64,000 nucleotides of DNA from Malacoraja senta (lineage: Eukaryota), in the NCBI GenBank assembly GCA_038087875.1, contig CM075989.1:682001-746000 (forward strand), read 5' to 3'. This document shows, piece after piece, positions 36,354-47,800 of the stretch (its first letter is position 1; every line of letters starts with the position of its first letter). A program made the translations under genes and the position numbers. The notes under the pieces are model-generated. The model was not told where the DNA came from and ran no database searches. It saw only the letters and a program-made list of their open reading frames with translations.

Positions 36354-38255
36354 TAGAGCCAGGATTTGCCATAATTGCCATGTGCCTTTTCATGCCTTTT
36401 TTGTTGATTTCACGAGGATAATACCTTTTTTCACAATCGAGTGCCTAAATCAGCCATTTTTGTCATTTTGCTAAAGGCTCATACTATTTCCTCTAGTTGT
36501 ACTGTGATTACCATGACTTTTTCTATGTTAACAAGTTAATATTAATAAGTAATTATTAACTTGTATAACTTACAAGAAAATTTCCACCACCGGGGTGAAA
36601 CCGGGGGTGCCACCGTCGGTCGTTCATTCATTCATGCCGCTGCCCATTGGTTCAGTCTTCTCCAAGATCTATTTAAGAAAGAACTGTAGATGCTGGAAAA
36701 ATCGAAGGTAGATAAAAAATGCTGGAGAAATTCAATGGCTATGGAGAGAAGGAATAGGCGATGTTTTGGGTCAAGACCTTCTTCAGACTGATGTGGGGGG
36801 GAGGGCGGGAAAAAGAAAGGAAGAGGCGGAGACATTAGGACTAGAAGGAGAGCTGGGAAGGGGGAGGAGGGAGTAGACAAGGGCTATCTAAAATTAAAGG
36901 TCAATGTTAATACCACTGGGGTGTAAACTACCTAAGCGAAATACCCAAGCTGGTCTCCTCACTGCATTTACTGTTGGCTCCAGTCGCAAATCTGGGTTTT
37001 CGAATGATTTGTGCAAGGCATTCATTGATGCTGGAATTCCACTGTGGAAATTGGAAAACAAATCTCTGAGGTTTTTTAGAGAAATACACAGAGGAACATA
37101 TACCAAGTGAGTCATCATTATGTACCAATGTGGTCATTGGTACACTGGAGGCAGGTCAACCATCAAATGAGTATTTGTTGACATCAGAAATATTGGAGAA
37201 GTCAAACAGCTCAACTATTGCTCAGTTGTTTACATCTTCACTAGCTGTACTTTGGCCAGAAGTTATAAAACATGAGAATGTTCTTCTGTCTGTGACTGAT
37301 GCAGCTCCGTACATGAAAAAAGCTGCTCATGCTCTTAAATTTTTATTCCCCAAAATGTTGCATTTGACATGCTTAGCTCAAGGACTTCCTAGAATTGCCA
37401 AGCACATACGTAGCTTGTTTCCAAAAGTCGATCGCCTAGTTTCCAATGTCAAGAAAATCTTCCTCAAAGCACCGTCATGTGTGCAGTTGTTTAAGGAAAT
37501 GGCACCCAAGATTCCGCTACCTCCTCAGCCTGTTTTGACTAAGTGGGGTACATGGCTCTCTGCTGTACTCTACTATGCTGCAAATTTTGAAAAGATAAAA
37601 TAAATCGTCAACTATTTTGAAGAAGAATCCTCAGTGAAATCATGTAGAAAAGTCCCTCCACCGCGATCTTGTGTTTATTGCTTCCACTTTGGCAAACTTC
37701 CCACTAGCTATCATTTCCCTTGATAAATGTGGCGAAACATTGCAGGTTTTCAACAAAGTGACTGATGATATTGATAAAGTTCCTGGTGATGTAGGTAAAG
37801 ACATGCAAGGAAAATGTGGCAGAGTTGATTTTAGGTAACAAAGATCTTGAAGAAATACAAAACATAGCAAAAGTTCTCAAAGGTAGTTGTAATGCACAAG
37901 ATATCGACATGAATATAGAGTCGGTAGCTTGTTTTGGGTATGCACCAGTGACCTCAGCTGAGGTAGAAAGAGGTTTTTCACAATTGTAGCATATTCTGCC
38001 TGACAGACGGCATAGTTTATCAACAGATAATTTGAAAAAAAATCCTAGTAATTTTGTGCAACCAGGCAACTTTGGTCATTTAATGTAGTATACCTTTATA
38101 ATATCATTTTTAACCATATTTTGGTGGTGGAAATACATGCCTTTTTAGGCATTTTTTTGTCAATAAATGCCTTTTTCATGCCTTTTTTGTAATTTTATTA
38201 TGCCTTTTTGCCTGCCTATTTCAGAGTTTTTTAGTGCCTAAACATCCTGGCTCTA
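36354..38255 (+). mobile_element. hAT DNA transposon with a decayed transposase
   Basis: 12-bp TIR TAGAGCCAGGAT and 8-bp TSD cttattac (36346-36353 / 38256-38263); transposase pieces AGIPLWKL, VTDAAPYM, HLTCLA, TKWGTWL and TSAEVER; a Penelope-derived insert at ~36670-36945. Confidence 0.92.
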
Positions 38256-38639
38256 CTTATTACAAATTGTTAACAGGAAAGCACTTTAATTAATTATCTG
38301 GATAAATAAATAAATATATAACTGGACATTTGAGCGCTCTCTTGATCTCTGACATTGGAGCAAAAATGGTCCATGGTAGTGCAAGAGGTGATCCATAGTA
38401 TTCCATTGCTGAGGTAGGATTAGGGTCAGTTAAAGAACCTCATGGTTGTAGGAAAGATGTTCTTAAACATGTAATCAGTGCAAGTGTAGTGGGACCTCAG
38501 GCTTCTGTACATCCTGCCCAAGGGTAACAGCAAGAAGTGGACATGATGATGGGGATTCTTGATGACAGATGCTGGCTTAAGGATCCCATCAGCTAAACGC
38601 TTCCTGACTGTCTGAGCTGCCATCACCTGCAAGACTCAG

Positions 38640-39115
38640 GGCTGGGCTGGGTCTCCCATGCTGGGCTGGGTCAGGTCTCTGACACTGGGCTGCTTGGGGC
38701 TGGGCTGCTTGGGGCTGGGCGGGGCAGGGTGGGGCTGGGCTGTGCTTGGCTTCTTGGGGCTGGGCTGGGCTGCTTTGGGTCCCTCCGAAAGTCCAGTTGG
38801 AAACATCCGCCGGCCATCCTCAGCGCCAGTAAAGACGCGATGGCGCAGGAAGGGGCAGACTGTCCCGGGGAGTGACAGGGGAAGAGACTAATCAGTGCGG
38901 TGTTGACTGGCTGGAGAAGAGATCGATCTGCGCATGCGCGGTGTTTACGATTTTTAAACCTCACTAACTTTTACGACATTCAACCGATCGCAGCAGTACA
39001 GGAGGACGGTGAATAAACTGGCGAAACATTGTAGCGCTATCGCAAACCGTTTTTGACGAAATAGAAAGACCGCCAAATCGGAAGATAACAAGATCAGAGC
39101 TTTAGTTATGTATGG
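38640..39115 (-). mobile_element. 5' portion of a Helitron-like element, adjacent to (GGAT)n at 39125-39205
   Basis: Minus strand tccatacataactaaagctctgatcttg..ttccg resembles 8200-8306. Confidence 0.5.
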
Positions 39116-39209
39116 AAGAAAATTGGATGGATGGATGGATGGATGGATGGATGGATGGATGGATGGATGGATGGATGGATGGATGGATGGATGGATGGAT
39201 GGATGGACA

Positions 39210-41078
39210 GAAATGATCTGCTGGAAATATGTCCACGAGTAAAAAACGAGGTCGGCATGGAAAAAATCAACACTGTTTACTCGTAGGTAGGTCGTAGGTG
39301 GTTGGAGGCAGTCAAAGGTAATAGCTCCAGGGTGAAAAAAAGATCAGTAGAAAAAAAAGGTTATTTAAACAGCAGAACGTCACCTCTGTCACTCCAAGGC
39401 ATGTTCATTCATAGCTGGAGAGTTTTTTGGAGAGGAGACTTGTGTTTTAGAGATGGCACCAAAAAGGCAGCAGCGCAGGTGGAGGGTACAACCCACAAAG
39501 CCGGCCATGCAGGTGTTGTCCACCCAAGAGGAGGAGTGGCAGGAGGTGATGCCACAGGAGGTGATAGTGCAGGAGGAGGTAGCCCTGCATGAGAGACCCC
39601 TGGAGGAGGAGACCAGGGTGGTAGTATATGTCCCCACCACCACCCCATCCTTCACTGCCTCATTTGAAGGCAGCAAAGCAGCCCTTTCTCCTGTGTCTGA
39701 CACAGCATCAGAGGCAGATGCCCTATTGGTGGTGGGGGAGGGCTGGAGGATGGTTATGCGCTACACCTTCATCAGGCAGCAGGAGGGGGACCTTGAGGAA
39801 TGGTTCCAGCAGAATGCCATCCTGTACGAAAATGAAAATGAGGGGTACAGGGACAAGAATGGCATGCTTGCCATCCACTGCCCCACATGTGTGCTTAAAG
39901 TTCCACATTTTGTCAAAGCCCAGCGCCACTCTCTTCCAGACATCTGGTGTAGTGGGACAGTCCATTACATCATCTCCATTCACCCATTGAGACCTCTTCT
40001 TGTGCTTCCTCTTCACCCTTGCTCTACCCCTTCTGCCTTTCTTAAAAGGCTGCCGAATCAAAAGTGCTACTGCAAACAGCAGTAAAACGTACATGGTCGA
40101 AGCCAGTCTTCAACATAGTCGAAGGAGGTCGAAGGAGGTATTTTTCATAGTCGTGGGAGGTCTTCAAAATAGTCGTAGGAGGTTGTAGACATAGTCGTGG
40201 AAGGACACACGCACCCACGCACCCACGCACCCACGCACCCACCCACGCACGCACGCACGCACCCAAACACCCACGCACGCACCCACGCACCCACGCACGC
40301 ACCCACGCACGCACCCACGCACGCACCCACGCACCCACGCACGCACCCACGCACGCACCCACGCACGCACCCACGCATGCACCCACGCACCCACGCACGC
40401 ACGCACGCACGCACGCACACACACACAGAGAGGTGGGGGCCAGGGAAAGTGGAGGAGCGATGTCTGCGCGATGAAGATGAAGGTAAACGGCTGCCACAGA
40501 GTACCATAAGTCCTTTAGAGATTGCAATGGGGGGAGGGGGGGGAGGGGGTGGGGGGAGAGTAGGAGAGAGAAGGGAGCGAGAAGGGAGAGAGAAGGGAGA
40601 GAGAAGAAAGACAGAAGGGAGACAGAAGGGAGACAGAAGGGGAGACAGAAGGGGAGACAGAAGGGGAGAGAAGGGGAGAGAAGGAGGGGGGGGGGGAGAA
40701 GGAGTGGAGACACTTTTAAGAAGTTCAATAAAGTTAGCGGGCATTTTACCTACCGGTAGGTATTTCTAGGTCATGAAACTCCAATGAGCCAATCAAAATG
40801 GCCGGTCATCGAAGGCGATGGCCTACGGCTCCCCTCGCCTGCCTGTAAGTAATTAGCAACCCCACTCCACTGCCCTACGAGTGAAAAAGACCCATGACGA
40901 CCAAATTTGAAAGGTGCTGAAAAATTTTCCTAGCTGAGGAGGTGAGCAGCTGGGAACCTCCCTCGAGCATGAAGGAGTTCCAGCCACATCATACGACCTC
41001 CTAGGACCTCTTGTCAACCATGCAGCGAGTTTGAACTCTTCTAAACTCGCAGCTTATGTCGCCCGTGGGACAGGCCCT
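39210..41078. mobile_element. PIF/Harbinger remnant with convergent Myb/MADF-like (+) and DDE transposase (-) fragments
   Basis: Minus strand WKRVALGFDKMWNFKHTCGAVDGKH; plus strand FIRQQEGDLEEWFQQNAILY..YRDK; right TIR gtgggacaggccct at 41065-41078 followed by TTA; left TIR not seen. Confidence 0.8.
40205..40425. repeat. (GCAC/CCAC)n microsatellite
   Basis: Direct reading. Confidence 0.97.
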
Positions 41079-41589
41079 TTAACAATGTCAGACCCGGCTC
41101 CGCCTGCTTCAGGGGAGAAGAGATAAGGTAAAGGGCGGGGAGGGAACAAACAGCCATCCGCTACAATAGGCTCCTTTCCATAGTTCCTTTCCTACGATAG
41201 GTCATTTCTGTAGTTAACTCTGATCACTGTCTCTGATGGGGCCTGTTTCAGGTGACTGGCTCTGGGAACTCGGCATCTGATGGGGACGACCGGACGAGGA
41301 GGGTTCCAGAGGGAAGGGCAGGGGCAACTTAGAATCGGGCAGCAGAATGGCTCCGTTGACGGATTCATTCTACTGTGAGTTCAGATTGGTAACAACACAC
41401 GCCGGTAGATCTGCGGCCACTGAGTTACACAATAAACAGACAATAGACACAGGTGCAGGAGTAGGCCATTTGGCCCTTCGAGCTAGCACCGCCATTCAAT
41501 GTGATCATGGCTGATCATCCACAATCAGTACCCCATTCCTGCCTTCTCTCAATATCCCTTAACTCTGCTATCCCTAAGAGCTCTACCTT

Positions 41590-41727
41590 AGAGTCCTGTC
41601 CCATGGTACGAGTTCATTCCAAGAGCTCTCCCGAGTTTGCCCTGATTCGAACTCGGAGATTTATGGGAATGGCCATTCGTCGGTACTCATGGCTCTCGTG
41701 GACATTTTTCAACATGTTGAAAAATCT
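41590..41727. mobile_element. Half of a Harbinger-type MITE
   Basis: TIR-like gtcctgtcccat resembles the TIR at 41065-41078; ends at the palindrome atttttcaacatgttgaaaaat. Confidence 0.6.
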
Positions 41728-42902
41728 GTACAAGCCCAGCTGCTCCATTCTGTCAGCGTATGACAGTCCCGCCATCCCGGGAATTAACCTTGTAAACCTT
41801 GAGAACTCGCACTCCCTCAATAGCAAGAATGTCCTTCCTCAAATTAGGGGACCAAAACTGCACACAATACTCTAGGTGTGGTCTCACTAGGGCTCTGTAC
41901 AACTGCAGAAGGACCTCTTTGCTCCTATATTCGATTCCTCTTGTTCTAAAAGCCAACATGCCATTCGCTTTCTTCACTGCCTGCTGTACCTGCATGCTTA
42001 CTTTCATAGACTGATGTAAAAGGACCCCCAGATCCCATTGTACTTCCCTTTTTCCCAACTTGACGCCATTTAGATAGTAATCTGCCTTCCTGTTTTTGCT
42101 ATCAAAGTGGATAACCTCACATTTATCCGCATTAAACTTCATCTGCCATGCATCTGCCCACTCCCCCAACCTGTCCAAGTCACATTGCACTCTCATAGCA
42201 TCCTCCTCACAGTTCACACTGCCACCTAGCTTTGTGTCATCTGCAAATTTGCTAATGTTACATTGAATCCCTTCATGTAAATCATTGATGTATATTGTAA
42301 ATAGCTGCGGTCCCAGCATCGAGCCTTGCGGTACCCCACTAGTCACTGCTTGCCATTCTGAAAAGGACCCGTTTACTCCTACTCTTTGTTTCCTGTCTGC
42401 CAACCACTTCTCTATCCATATCAGTACTCTACCCCCAATACCATATACTCTAATTTTGCCCATTAATCTCCTATGTGGGACCTTATCAAATGCTTTCTGA
42501 AAGTCCAGGTACACTACATCCACTGGCTCTCCCTTGTCCATTTTCCAAGTTACATCTTCAAAAAATTCCAGAAGATTAGTCAAGCATGATTTCGCCTTCG
42601 TAAATCCATGATCCTGTTACTGCTATCCAAATGTGCGGCTATCTCATCTTTTGATATAGGACTGGACAAGCTAGATGCAGGAAAAATGTTCCCAATGTTG
42701 GGCGAGTCCAGAACCAGGGGCCACAGTCTTAGAATAAAGGGGAGGTGGACTTCCGGAGGCGCTATGGAGGCTTGAGTCCAGCGCCAACTAGCTCCGTGCC
42801 GAATAAAATTGAAAACGGGAGAAAATCGGGTCTTACCTGCAGCGATCGCGATCTGAACGGCTGCCTGCCGCGTGACGTCATCAGGAGCGCGACTTGGACG
42901 GT

Positions 42903-43952
42903 ATGTCGTTACAACGTTCCCCCACCTCCCGTGGGACACAAAAAAAAACGCCTAAAGAGAAACCCCCACCGATGGAAGAGGAAGGCCCAACTGAGGCCTC
43001 GGCCTCAGTTACAATGACTGCCCAGGAAGACCTTCCGAAGAAAACAAAGCAGAAAAAGACTGAAATGGAAGATCTTAAAGCTTTTCTCGCTGCTGAATTG
43101 AAAACCTTTGGAGTGAATTTTAAAGAGGATTTTAAAGAGGAACTTAACTCTTTTAAGGTAGATTTTGAAGCAGAAATGCTTTCTACCGTTCAAGAAATAC
43201 TGGAAGTCTGGAAGAGGTCGAGGGAGGAGGAGGTCAAGGAACAGATGGAAGTGCTGGAAGCAAGGCTCGTTTCGGTGGAAGCGAGCGTTAAAATGGAGGT
43301 GGACCCCATTCATCAAGAACTTGAACAACATAGAACAGCGATAACCGAACTTGAGAAATGGGCGGCGACAAGTGGGGAAACTGTAGGTCGACTCATTATT
43401 GAAAACCAACGCCTCACCGATATGGTGATCAAATTAAGTGATAAATGTACCGATTTGGAGGGGCGTCAAAGACGTAAGAATCGAAGAATTGTAGGGGTGA
43501 AAGAAGGAAGTGAGAGGGAAATGGGCCCTCGGGATTTTGTGGCAGACCTACTACAAAAAGTCTTAAAATTGGATCAAAAACCTTTACTCGGTCGAGCTCA
43601 TAGAGTGCAGCGGCGTCGTACACAAGATGATGCCCATCCAAGACAAATTATCGTAAAGGTGCAACTGGATCATGAATTTGACGAAATAATGAAGAAAATT
43701 GTCCGAGGCGGACAGCTCCATTTTGAAGGTGTGAGGTTCAGTATCTACCGAGATTATCCGGCAGAGGTCTTCAAGAAAAGGGCGCTGTTCACTGAGACAA
43801 AAAGAATACTGAAGAATGTACCTGATTTGAGATACGGCCTGCTCTACCCCGCAAGACTAAGAGTCACCTACAAGAACAAGGAGCAATTTTTTACAGACCA
43901 TGAAAAAGCACTGGATTTCGCCAAAGAAATTGGGAACGTGACCGCAGACTGA
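42903..43952 (+). CDS. L1 ORF1p (coiled coil, RRM, CTD), open 349 aa
   Basis: DLEGRQRRKNRRIVGVKEG, RAHR, PRQII, IYRDY and LLYPARLRV motifs. Confidence 0.9.
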   Translation: MSLQRSPTSRGTQKKTPKEKPPPMEEEGPTEASASVTMTAQEDLPKKTKQKKTEMEDLKAFLAAELKTFGVNFKEDFKEELNSFKVDFEAEMLSTVQEILEVWKRSREEEVKEQMEVLEARLVSVEASVKMEVDPIHQELEQHRTAITELEKWAATSGETVGRLIIENQRLTDMVIKLSDKCTDLEGRQRRKNRRIVGVKEGSEREMGPRDFVADLLQKVLKLDQKPLLGRAHRVQRRRTQDDAHPRQIIVKVQLDHEFDEIMKKIVRGGQLHFEGVRFSIYRDYPAEVFKKRALFTETKRILKNVPDLRYGLLYPARLRVTYKNKEQFFTDHEKALDFAKEIGNVTAD

Positions 43953-44407
43953 AGAATTTACATTACTCTTCAGGAGTCAAGGATTAACGGGACCGCCAGA
44001 TCTAAAAGGATCTTTAAAGTTCTTTTAAGAGCTTTAAGGACATTTGAAAACCGAATGGATGGTGGACATTGGAGAAAACCGTGGGGGGTTTTTTAATTAA
44101 TTTTTTAAATATTTTTATTAATCACTATTATTATCTGTATATTCATATCTAACTATATATGTAATAACTAATACTTCTTAAATATCTATATTACTACTAA
44201 AATTATTAACATTTATATTACTCATAAAAATTTAATACTGGGTATGATTGATAACAATGATTAATAACTAATTATTTCTCAATTTAAAATTAAATTTATA
44301 GATTTAGCGAGGATATTAATATGATATGTAGAGTATAACAACATTATGAATTTATGCTGTTCTTGGACTTTTCTGCAGGGATGCGTGCTTATGTATGTAT
44401 GCATGTG

Positions 44408-44446
<39 letters not shown>

Positions 44447-44867
44447 ATATATGTATGTATATGTGTGCGTATATGTGGGTATGTATATATTTTTGTTACT
44501 CCCAAAGAAATTATTTGATTATTAGAAATAATCTTTTTTTTTTCGGCACGGAGCTGGGAATTTTTTTTTTTTACAAAGGCTACGGAAGTCTTTAGAATTC
44601 TAGCCACGTTAGTGTGGCTATCACTAACTACACTAATTGTAGATGTAGTTTTTTTTCTTTCACACTATACTAACCAATTCTATCACTTTTATCACTTTAA
44701 ATATTTTTATAACTTAATGTTTGAATGGAAAAACAAGAATAATACAAGGAGATGTGTTCGGAAGAGCGATGTATATGATTTTAAATTCATCTATTTGAGG
44801 TTCAGGAGCAAGGTCAGGTTTTATGTGTTGCACCTTCTGCTCGGTTATAGACCACCTTAGAAATAAT

Positions 44868-47800
44868 ATGCAAGATGTTAATATGACAAGAGGGGGTCAG
44901 GGAATAACATTTTGTAGTTGGAATGTCAAGGGAATCAATGAACCAATTAAGAGAGGTAAAGTCTTGGCACATCTAAATTTAATCAAAGCAGATATTATAT
45001 TCCTTCAAGAAACACACCTTAAAAAGGAATCCCAACACAGACTTAAAGCTAAGTGGATCGCTGAATCATATCATTCCTCCTTTTCCCATAAGTCCAGAGG
45101 AGTTTCAATATTAATTCGTAAAGGAATACCTTTTACGAATTTATCAACAATAGCGGATATTGATGGTAGATATATTATATTAGTTGGAGAGCTAAATGGA
45201 GAAAAAGTGATTCTTCTGAATGTATATGGGCCTAATTTTGATAACCCTATGTTCTTTAATAAAACATTTAATAAAATTCCTGAATTTACACAATATAAAT
45301 TAATAATTGGAGGAGACTTCAACTGTACATTAGATTCATACTTAGATAGATCATCAAGGCAAAAAAAAGTAAAATCTCAATCAAGTGTATTTCTAAATTC
45401 ATTTATTAATACCACTAATATTAAGGATGTCTGGAGAATAGAAAATCCAACTGGATGGGAATATTCATTTTACTCACCAGTACATAAAACATACTCAAGA
45501 ATAGATTATTTTTTAGTTGACTCCACGTTTATCCCATTTACTTATAACTCAAAATACCATAATATTATAATCTCAGACCACGCACCTGTAACATTTATGA
45601 TTACATTAAATGGAATGTCCGAGAAACAAACATATTGGAGATTTAACCCACAAATCTTGAACGAAAGATCATGCCAGGAATATATTATTAAACAGATTCA
45701 AATATTTTTTGAGGTAAATGATAACCCTGACACACCTACTTCTCTTATGTGGGAAACGTTTAAAGCGTTTGTTCGAGGTGCATTAATCTCTGCTCAAGTA
45801 TTTTATAATAAAGAGAACAGGATTAAACAACAAACATTGGAAAGGGAAATCAAACAACTAGATTTAGACAATGCGAGAATGCCATCTATTTCAAAACATA
45901 ATAAAATTGCTGTATTGAAATATAAATTAAATAAAATGTATTCAGAACAAGTAATAAAACTTTATCAAAAAACCAAACAATTGTTTCAAATGTCATTAGA
46001 AACGGGAATAGTGCCGGAGGATTGGCGTACTGCGCATGTTGTTCCGTTGTTTAAAAAGGGTTCGAAGAGTAAACCTAGCAATTATAGACCTGTTAGTTTG
46101 ACGTCAGTGGTGGGCAAATTAATGGAAAGGATACTTAAAGATAATATATATAAGCATCTGGATAAGCAGGGTCTGATTAGGAACAGTCAACATGGATTTG
46201 TGCCTGGAAGGTCATGCTTGACTAATCTTTTTCGAAGAGGTTACTAGGGTAATTGATGAAGGTAAAGCAGTGGATGTTGTCTATATGGACTTCAGTAAGG
46301 ATTTTGACAAGGTTCCTCATGGAAGGTTGGTTAAGAAGATTCAATTGTTGGGTATTAATGGTGGAGTAGCAAGATGGATTCAACAGTGGCTGAATGGGAG
46401 ATGCCAGAGAGTAATGGTGGATGGCTGTTTGTCAGGTTGGAGGCCGGTGACTAGTGGGGTGCCTCAGGGGTCTGTGTTGGGTCCACTGTTGTTTGTCATG
46501 TACATCAATGATCTGGATGAAGGTGTGGAAAATTGGATTAGTAAGTATGCAGATGATACTAAGATAGGTGGTGTGGTGGATAATGAAGTAGATTTTCAAA
46601 GTCTACAGAGAGATTTAGGCCATTTGGAAGAGTGGGCTGAAAGATGGCAGATGGAGTTTAATGCTGACAAATGTGAGGTGCTACATCTCGGCAGGACAAA
46701 TCAAAATAGGACGTACACGGTAAATGGTAGCGAATTGAGGAATGCAGTTGAACAGAGGGATCTAGGAATAACTGTGCATAGTTCCCTGAAGGTGGAATCT
46801 CATGTAGATAGGGTGGTAAAGAAAGCTTTTGGTGTGCTGGCCTTTATAAATCAGAGCATTGAATATAGAAGTTGGGATGTAATGTTAAAATTGTACAAGG
46901 CATTGGTGAGGCCAATTCTGGAGAATGGAGTACAATTTTGGTCGCCTAATTATAGGAAAGATGTCAACAAAATAGAGAGAGTACAGAGGAGATTTACTAG
47001 AATGTTGCCTGGGTTTCAGCAACTAAGTTACAGAGAAAGGTTGAACAAGTTAGGTCTTTATTCTTTGGAGCGCAGAAGGTTAAGAGGGGACTTGATAGAG
47101 GTCTTTAAAATTATGAGCGGGTTAGACAGAGTGGACGTGGATAAGCTTTTCCCATTGAGAGTAGGGAAGATTCAAACAAGGGGACATGACTTGAGAATTA
47201 AGGGACAGAAGTTTAGGGGGAACATTAGGGGGAACTTCTTTACTCAGAGAGTGGTAGCTGTGTGGAATGAGCTTCCAGTGGAAGTGGTGGAGGCAGGTTC
47301 GATGTTATCCTTTAAAAATAGATTGGATGGGTATATGGACGGGAAAGGAATGGAGGGTTATGGTCTGAGTGCAGGTAGATGGGACTAGGGGGAAGTATTT
47401 TATTTTTAATTAAAAAAAAAAAAAAAAAAAAAATTTAAATGTTCGGCACGGACTTGAAGGGCCGAGATGGCCCGTTTCCGTGCTGTTATGGTTATATATG
47501 GTTATATGGTTAATTACATTTTGAATTTGTAGACAAACCACAAAAACTATTAGCATGTCAGTTACAAAAAATGGAAGGGGAAAAAATAATTCATAAAATT
47601 AGAACAGAGACAGGAGAATTATTAAAAATGCCCAAGGACATAAATGAAAGATTCCTCCAATACTATCATAACCTTTATTCAACTAAAACTGTAACACAAA
47701 CAGAAGGAATAGCAGATTTTTTACTAAAATGTAATTTAAAAGGTTTAGATTCAAATGATAGAGAATTATTAGAAAGGGAGATTACGACAAAGGATATTGA

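Noticed and set aside
38640..38780. GGGCT pentamer repeats resembling Ig switch regions
   Set aside because: Only ~140 bp, inside a TE remnant, and no IgH constant exons nearby.
40042..40769. Long ORFs rich in THAP/VRAW/CVGA repeats
   Set aside because: Translation of a (GCAC/CCAC)n microsatellite and a purine tract.
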